From the human T2T-CHM13v2.0 reference genome, Homo sapiens, in assembly GCF_009914755.1 (NCBI RefSeq), contig NC_060937.1: 64,000 nt of DNA; one strand, written 5' to 3'. Positions 56,196 through 64,000 of the stretch are shown here, one piece after another. The translations under genes were made by a program, and so were the position numbers. The notes below the pieces were generated by a model that saw only the letters and a list, made by a program, of their open reading frames with translations, had not been told where the DNA came from and did no database searches. The first letter of the stretch is position 1. Each line of letters opens with the position of its first letter.

Positions 56196-57284
56196 TATTG
56201 GGCGAAATTCACCCCCAATATTTCAAATAGGTTCTTTTCTATTTTCCCTAAGTGTCAGCCAGTCTGAGAAGTAAAGGGAGAGAGTACAAAAGAGAGAAAT
56301 TTTAAAGCTGGGTGTCCGGGGGAGACATCCCATGTTGGCAGGTTCCATGATGCCCCCCAAGCCACAAAACCAGCAAGTTTTTATTAGTGATTTTCAAAAG
56401 GGGAGGGAGTGTATGAATAGGGTGTGGGTCACAGAGATCACATGCTTCACAAGGTAATAAGATATCACAAGACAAATGGAGGCAGGGCAAGATCACAGGA
56501 CCACAGGACCGGGGCAAAATTAAAATTGCTTATGAAGTTTTGGGCACGCATTGTCATTGATAACATCTTATCAGGAGACAGGGTTTGAAAGCAGACAACC
56601 GGTCTGGCCAAAATATATCAGGTGGGAATTTCCTCGTCCTAATAAGCCTGGGAGCACTACGGGAGACCAGGGCTTATTTCATACCTCTGCTATGACCGTG
56701 AAAGACAGCCGTCCCCAAAGCGGCCATTTCAGGGGCCTCCCCTCAGGGACGCATTCTCTTTCTCAGGGATGTTCCTTGCTGAGAAAAAGAATTCAGTGAT
56801 ATTTCTCCCATTTGCTTTTGAAAGAAGAGAAATACGGCTCTGTTCCACCTGGCTCACTGGCAGTCAGAGTTTAAGGTTATCTCTCTTATTCCCTGAATAC
56901 TGCTCTTATCCTGTTCTTTTTTCAAGGTGCCCAGATTTCATATTGTTCAAACACACATGCTCTACAAACAATTTGTGCAGTTAACACAATCATCACAGGG
57001 TCCTGAGGTGACATACATCCTCCTCAGCTTATGAAGATGATGGGATTAAGAGATTAAAGTAAAGACAGGCATAGGAAATTACAAGTGTATTGATTGGGGA
57101 AGTGATTAGTGTCCATGAAATCTTCACAATTTATGTTCAGAGACTGCAGTAAAGACAGGCATAAGAAATTATAAAAGTATTAGTTTGGGGAACTAATAAA
57201 TGTTCATGAAATCTTCATAATTTATGTTCTTCTGCCATGGCTTCAGCCAGTCCCTCCATTTGGGGTCCCTGACTTCCCGCAACA
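56196..57284 (-). mobile_element. MER11 (HERV-K11/HML-8) solo LTR nested in the provirus leader
   Basis: Reverse complement starts tgttgcgggaagtcagggacccc; 1089 bp; 6-bp TSD caaggg/catggg. Confidence 0.92.
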
Positions 57285-57435
57285 CATGGGAGATGCCTAT
57301 GGTGGCCACAATGACTCAGGTAAGTGTGGAGAGAAGAAAGAAAGGAATGTATTTTTTTCTCTCCCTCATATACCTTGGAATTTATCAGGAAGAGAGAAAG
57401 GAACTAAGGGATGCCTTTTCCCCCTCTCTTTCCAG

Positions 57436-58874
57436 ATGGGTAACAACTCATCTTCAGCCTGCACTCCACTGAAGTGCATCCTGAATCACTGGAACTCTTT
57501 TGAACCTCAGACACTGGGAAAAAAATGCCTTGTGTTCCCTTGCACATAGACTTGGCTAGATTATAAACTGCTGGACAGAGAAGTTTGGCCTCTGGAGGGA
57601 AGTATTAATGTTAATACTATCCTGCAGCTGGACCTTTTCTGTAAACATGAGGGTAAATGTTCTGAGGTCCCATATGTGCAGGCTTTCTTTGCCTTGCAGG
57701 ATAATCTGAACTTTGCCAACATTGTAGGATTGATCTAGACCTCCTAGTGGTCATCTCAGGAGTGGCTACAAAAGACAATCCAAAGAAATTACGGAAGCAA
57801 ACCCCAGTGGTGCCTCCAGTGAGCAAGTCAGCTCCCCTTGTTCTTGCTCCTGCTGGTTTATAATGTATTCTCTAGTCAGGTTCTCTTTCCAGCTTGTCCA
57901 AATCCTAAAACACTTCATCTTAGGTGGGTCCCAGCCTCACTTAGCCCCTACAAGGGATGCCTCATGAATATGGTCCCCTTTTCTCTATAGGACTGAAGAC
58001 AATTTCAGGGAGATCTTGGAAACCTTTTACACGACCTGGCAGTTATATAGAGGCTTTCCAGAATTTAATCCAAGCATTTAAACTCTCCTGGAAGGGTGTT
58101 ATGTTAGTTTTTAATCAAACACTGTCTGCTGCTGAGAAGCAGACAGCCCTGCAAGTGGCAGAGAAGTTGGGATGAGCTTTGTGTCTCATATAGTGCCAAG
58201 GAAGAGGAAGAAACTTATCCAATTGGAAAAAAAGTAGTACCATTGGAGGACCCTAAATGGGACGCTGATGACGACAAGGTGGATTGGAGGAGGAAACACT
58301 TTCGGATGTGCATATTGGAGGGCTTGCAAAGGACTAGACATGAACCTCTCAATTACTCCAAACTATCCATGATAGACCAAGTATCAGATGAGAATCCCAC
58401 TGCCTTCCTGGAAAGGCTGAGAGGCCTTGGTAAAGCACAACTATCTATCTCCTGACTTAGTTGAAGGATAAGTAATTTTAAAGGATAAGTTTATTACTCA
58501 GGAACCACCTGATATCAGGAAGAAGCTGCAGGAAGAGGCCATAGGACCAGATAGTATTTTAGATAACCTCTTGAAAGTGGCCACCTCGATCGTTTACAAT
58601 AGGGATCAGGAGGAGGCTCAAAAGAGAGGAGACACACAAAAAAGGCAGCAGCTCTAATGGCCACATTTTGGGCTTATAAACCCCAGAATCCCCAAGAGGC
58701 ACCTGTTAACTGCTACAAAAGCCAGGGCACTTTAAGAAGAACTTCCTAGACAGCATGAGAAAGCCACCTTGACCTTGTACAATCTGTGGAGGGGACAACT
58801 GGAGGGTGGACAGTCCCCAGAGATGCAGGTCACCAACTCCAGAGCCAGTCTCCCAAATGGTTGAGCAGGACTGA
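57436..58874 (+). pseudogene. gag: ERV gag remnant (gamma-like, ERV9/HERV-W-related)
   Basis: MGNNSSSACTPLKCILNHWNSFEPQTL (MA), YIEAFQNL..LSW, DPKWD..CILEGL..LNYSKLSMIDQ..DENPTAFLERL (CA), ends ..SQMVEQD*; stops and frameshifts. Confidence 0.88.
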
Positions 58875-60420
58875 TGGGTCCCAGGGCCACTCTCCCTAGC
58901 TCCGATGGCTCAGACCACCATTACCATCCAGGAACCTGGGTGATTCTGGAGGTCGAAAGGAAGAAGGTGGACTTCCTCCTGTATACTGGAGTAGCCATTT
59001 CTGTTCTCCTCCCCAATCCACGACTCCCCTCCTCCTGATAGGGCATTTCAGGAAAGCCTTTAACCGAATAGTTTTTCCAACCCCTTATTATAGTTGGAGA
59101 TATGTCTTGTTTCCTCATGCTATTTTGATCATGCCTAAAAGCCCAACTCCTATGCTATGAAGAGATATCTTATGGTAACTACCATTCTTATGGCTCCAAG
59201 GCAGATTTATTTGTCTCCCACTGTTGGAGACCAATATTAATCCAGAAGTTTAGGCAACTAAAGGGAAAATTGGTTGAGTCACAACTGCCATACTGGTCCA
59301 CATCCGCTTAAGGATCCGACCTCTTTCTTTAACTGGAGACAAAATCCCCTAAAACGAGAAAATAGGAAGGGATGGCTACAATCGGAGGATGGCAAACTTT
59401 ATCTACCAGCTTCTGGGCAATGTAAAGATTTTAAAATCTTTTACCAAGCCTTCCATCTAGGAAAGAATAAAACCTATCAATTGGCCCAATGGTTGTTCTC
59501 AGGTAAAAATCTGTTAAAAATGGTCAAACAGGCCATTAATGTTTGTGAGACTTGCCTCAAAAATAATCCCAAATCAACAAATCTTTCTCCCTAGAATCCA
59601 AAGAATGGGATGCTACCCAGAGGAGAACTGGCAGATGGATTTCACTCATATGCCAAAGATAAGGGGCATCCTGTACCTCCTGGGATGGGTAAAACCTTCA
59701 CTAACTGGGTAAAAGCATTTGCATGTCGGACAGAGAAAGCCTATGAGGTAATAAAAGTACTAATTAATGAGATAATTCCTTTCATTGGACTTCCTAAGTA
59801 CCTCCAATGCAATAATGGCTCCTGGTTCAAGGCAGTTGTCACCCGGGGGTCTCAAAGGCACTAGGCATACAATAACATCGTCATTGTGCTTAGAAACCAC
59901 AATCCTCAGGAAAAGTAGAAAAGACAGATAATATTATCAAAAGGCACCTCAGAAAACTGTCTCAAGAGACCCATGTCCCCTGGATTACTCTTCTCCCATG
60001 GCCCTACTATATTTTAGAAACACCCCTTCAAAGCTAGGTTTAATTCCTTTCCACATGATGTGTGGATGATCTTTTCTCGCCAATGATTTCTTGCTAGACA
60101 AAGAAACCTCTGATTTGATTAAACATGTAACTTTTTTGGCCCATTTCCAACAGGAACTGAAACAACTCTCAGAGGCCCAACCTTGTAAACTAGGACTACC
60201 TCTGTTCAACCCAGGGGACTTAGTACTAATAAAGGCTCTTCATCCTCTTTCTCCTTTCTAGAACTGGATTGGGAGAAAGCTTATACTCTACTTCTCTCTA
60301 CTCCTTTTGCAGTGAAAGTCACTGGAATATATTTTTGAATTCATTATACTCAAGGGCTTGGGAACTGAGGGAATTACCTCTGTTCACCCAGAAGAGTGAC
60401 TGAAGCAAAATGTGAAAAAA
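58875..60420 (+). pseudogene. pol: ERV pro + start of RT fused to integrase remnant
   Basis: Protease motif VDFLLYTGVAISVL (decayed DTG); LKDPTSFFNWRQNPL joined to GWLQSEDGKLYLP..FHLG..CETCLKNNP; WQMDFTHMP-like and TFTNWVKAFACRTEKA..QCNNG integrase core. Confidence 0.85.
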
Positions 60421-60881
60421 TCAGGAGCCTCAAGCTAGAGATCATAAAAGATAAGTGTGAATAATTAACCTTCCATGGTATCTTCTTTATACTCTTGACT
60501 ATACATGCTGTCCTTGTCTCTTTTCTGTTTTTCACCATAAGGTGTCTGCCCCATACCAAATTTAATTTCTTTCACAAGAGTGAAACAGCTCTGGCCACAA
60601 CTTTGTTTTCAGAATGATTAGTATATTTTACTTCTTATTTCTGTTATCTCTGGCACTAACTTTTTCCCTTTTGGCTCCTCTTTGTATAATACCCACATTA
60701 GTTACATGCATACTTAACCTCCTGGTAAAATTTGTTTCTGTTTAACTGGGGTCCCTTACATAGGCCTCTAAGAGAGATCTGACTGCTATTTTCCCAAAAC
60801 AACATCTCCTGTTAGCATGAAGCAGTCAAAGCAGTCATCATTCCTATACTAATGACAGTGAGATATACTCAGAGCAGGGCT

Positions 60882-61490
60882 TAATAGGGACAGGAGACAG
60901 ACAGATTTCTAGGCAGACAGGGAAAGGGCCCTGGTGAAATCTGACCATCAAGCCAAGAACAGTTTAAAGCCTGTAAACAGAGCTGCCAGTTCTGGATAGA
61001 GTCTACAACTACAGTGAGAACTTCCATCCCCATCTTACCCACTCTCTTTTGATTGGTTCCTCCTGAAGGATGCCTGTTAACCAATCAAATGGTGTTTTTT
61101 TTTTTTCAAGCCCACCCTGGGCCTGTCAACATGCACTCCCCATTTGTAAGTTTATAAAAACCCTGGACTCAGCCTCGCAGATGGCTACTCACTTTCAGGT
61201 CCCCTTTCGCAGCTGAGAGCTTTCTTTCTGTTGCTCAATAAAATTCTGCCCTGCCTTACTCACTGTCCGGCGTCTGCATACCTTATTCTTCTTGGTCGCA
61301 GAACACAAATTTGGAACTTGCTGAATTGTAGGAGTGAAAAACTTGTAATTCTCCTGCTCACCGAGCTGCAGGTGATGGGAGTAAAAGAGCTGTAGCACTT
61401 CCTCTTGCTCACCAAAAAACAGGAGGAAAGTAGTCACTGGGCTCCACTTCCTCTCACTTGCTGAACAATGGAAGTGAAAAGGCCACAACA
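60882..61490 (+). mobile_element. 3' LTR of the provirus
   Basis: Homologous to 54407-55006; ends ggccacaaca followed by TSD atac. Confidence 0.9.
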
Positions 61491-62980
61491 ATACTAGCTG
61501 TCTTATATGGGCCTGTGGGCCTGTTGTATACGGCTTTTATTGTTTTTAGGTATGTTCCTTCTATACCCAATATTTTTAGTATTTTTAGTTTTTATCATGA
61601 AGAGATGTTGAAGTTTATCAAAAGCTTTTTCAGCACTAATTGAAATAATTATATAGTTTTTTCCTTCATTCTATTGATATGATGTATGACATTATTTGCA
61701 TATGTTGAACCATACTTGCATCCCTAGGATAAATCCCACTTGATCATCATGAATGACCTTTTCAATGTACTTTGTTAGCATTTTCTTGAGGAATTTTGCA
61801 TCAATATATTCGTCAGAGATATTGTCCTGTAGTTCTCCTTTTTTGAACTATCTTTGTCTAGTGTTGGTAATAGAGTAATTGTGACCTCACAGATTGAGTT
61901 TGAATGTCTTCTTTTCTCCTCTACTTGCAGAATAGTTTGAATAGGATTTGTATCAGTTCTTTATATGGTTGGTAGAATTAAACAGTGAAGCTATCAGATC
62001 CCAGATTTTTCTTTATTGAGAGGCATTTTAATTACAGTTTTGATCTTGTTACTTGTTATTTGTCTGCTCAGGTTTTTAATTTATTCATGGTTCAATCTTG
62101 GTAGGTGAGATGGGTCTAGGAATTATTCCTTTTCTTCTAGATTTTCCAATTTATTGGCATATACTTGCTCATATTATTCACCAATGATCCTTTGAATTTC
62201 TTCAGCATCAGTTGTAATGTCTCTTTTTATCATCTCTGATTTTATTTGGATCTTCTTGTTCTTTGCTAGTCTGGCTAAAGGTTTTTCAGTTTTGTTTATC
62301 TTTTCAAACAACAAACTACTTTCCTTGATCTTTTGTATTTTTCCTTCATTTTAAATTCACGTATTTATTTCTGCTCTGATCTTCATTATTTATTTTCTTC
62401 TACCAATTTGGGGTTTGATCTGCTCTTGCTCTTTAAGATGCATCGTTAGGTTATCTATTTGAGAATTTTTCTTTTTTGTAGACATTTATAGATATAAATT
62501 TACTTCTTAGTCTGTTTTCAGTATATCCCATAGGCCTTGGTATGTTTAGTTTCCATTATCATCTATGCCAAAAAATATTTCAATTTTCTGTTTAATTTAT
62601 TCATTGATCCACTGGTTATTTCAGAGCATATTGTTTAATTTCCATGAGTTTACATAGTTTCCAAAATTCCTCATTATTGATTTCCAGTTTTATTCCATTG
62701 TAGTCAGAGAAGATACTTGATTTGACTTTAGTTTTTTTGAATGTTTTAAGACTTGTTTTGTGACCTAAATATGGTGTATCCTCCAGAATAATTCATGTGC
62801 TAAGGAGAAGAATATGTATTCTATAGCTGTTGAATGAAATGTTCTGTAAATATCTATTAGGTGCATTTGTTCTGCAGTGCAGATTAAATCTGATATTTCT
62901 ATATTGATTTTCTGGCTAGAAGATCTGTCCAATGCTGAAAGCGGGCTGTTGAAGTCTCCAGCTATTATTGTATTGAGGTC

Positions 62981-63349
62981 TGTATTAGTCTGTTCTCATG
63001 CTGCTAACAAAGACACACCTGAGATTGGGTAATTTATAAATGAAAGAGGTTTAGTTGAGTCACAGTTCCACATGGCTGAGGAGGCCTCTCAGTTGTGGTG
63101 GAAGGCAAAGGGGAAGCAAGACATGTCTTACATGGCAACAGGCAAGAGACAATGAGAGCCGAGTGAAAGGGAAAATCCCTTATAAAACCGTCAGATCTCA
63201 TGAGACTTATTCACTACCACGAGAACAGTGTGGGGGAAACGCTCCCACGATTCAATTAGCTCCCACCAGGTCCCCCCAACAACATGTGGGAATTATGGAA
63301 GCTACAATTCAAGATGACATTTGAGTGGGGATACAGCCAAACCATATCA
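62981..63349 (-). mobile_element. THE1 (C-type) MaLR solo LTR
   Basis: tgtattagtctgttctcatgctgctaa...cagccaaaccatatca; perfect 5-bp TSD aggtc (62976-62980 / 63350-63354). Confidence 0.92.
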
Positions 63350-63675
63350 AGGTCTCTCTTTTTAGTGCTAATAATATTTTATTTATGTATCTGTATGCTC
63401 CAGCCCTGGATGTATATGTATTTATAATTGTTATATCCTCTTACTGAATTGACTCCTTTATCATTGTATAATGGACTTTGTCTTTTACAGTTTTTGTCTT
63501 GAAATCTACTTTATCTGATATAAGTATAGCTATTCTTGCTCTTTTTTTTTTGTTTCCTTTGTCATGGAATATTTTTTTTCTATTCCCATTTTCAGTCTAT
63601 GTGTATCTTCATAGGTGAATTGTAGGTAACAGATGATTGAGTCTTGTTTTGTTATCATTCAGCCACTCCATGGTT

Positions 63676-64000
63676 TTTTTGTTTTGTTTTTGTTTTCTTT
63701 TTTCTTTCTTTCTTTTTTTTTTTTTTGAAACGAAGTTTTTACTCTTGTTGCCCAGGCTGGAGTGCAATGGCATACTGCAGCCTCTGCCTCCCAGGTTCAA
63801 GTGATTCTCCTGCCTCAGCCTCCCAGATAGCTAGAATTACAGGCACCCGCCACCATGCCTGGCCAGTTTTTTTTATTTTTAGTAGAGACAGGATTTTGCC
63901 ATGTTGGCCAGGCTGGTCTCAAACTCCTGGCCTCAGATGATCTGCCTGCCTCAGCCTCCTAAAGTGCCGCTGGGATTACAGAAGTGAGGCACTGCACCCG
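63676..64000 (-). mobile_element. AluSq/Sp-type SINE running to the window edge
   Basis: actcttgttgcccaggctggagtgcaatgg variant; T-rich tail. Confidence 0.88.

Larger units (their letters stand above)
54407..61490 (+). mobile_element. Two-LTR ERV1 provirus (LTR27/LTR28-like LTRs, HUERS-P/MER52-related interior), non-autonomous
   Basis: Homologous LTRs, 4-bp TSD atac (54403-54406 / 61491-61494), PBS-Pro, purine-rich tract at 60871-60880, gag-pro-IN remnants. Confidence 0.9.

Noticed and set aside
60420-60880. env gene
   Set aside because: Too short; no recognisable furin site, immunosuppressive domain or CX6CC motif

Overview
Human (primate) AT-rich, repeat-dominated genomic DNA; a near-consensus AluYa5-type element points to Homo sapiens. 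I find no supportable host protein-coding exon, RNA gene or CpG island. Every ORF in the track with a recognisable protein is a transposable-element remnant (L1 ORF2, Tigger transposase, ERV gag/pro/IN, Alu read-throughs). Main contents: (1) an old full-length-type L1 (2752-10092) with nested MSTA, MER52 and L1PA4/5 insertions, an internal inversion/deletion, and an apparent 3' transduction that ends at the poly(A) site of a captured MLT1 LTR; (2) a very young AluYa5-type insertion; (3) two twin-priming (inverted) L1 insertions and a trimeric AluJ; (4) Tigger1, Tigger13a-like, MER58A and MER81 DNA transposons; (5) many MaLR LTRs and a solo ERV1 LTR; (6) a large minus-strand L1MA2 (from ~51900) hosting a two-LTR, tRNA-Pro-primed ERV1 provirus that lacks RT/RNaseH and env and itself carries a MER11 solo LTR. 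I see no new protein-based biological system; the most interesting signals are retrotransposition and repair events readable from junction sequences. Subfamily names come from recalled consensus sequences, not from a database search.
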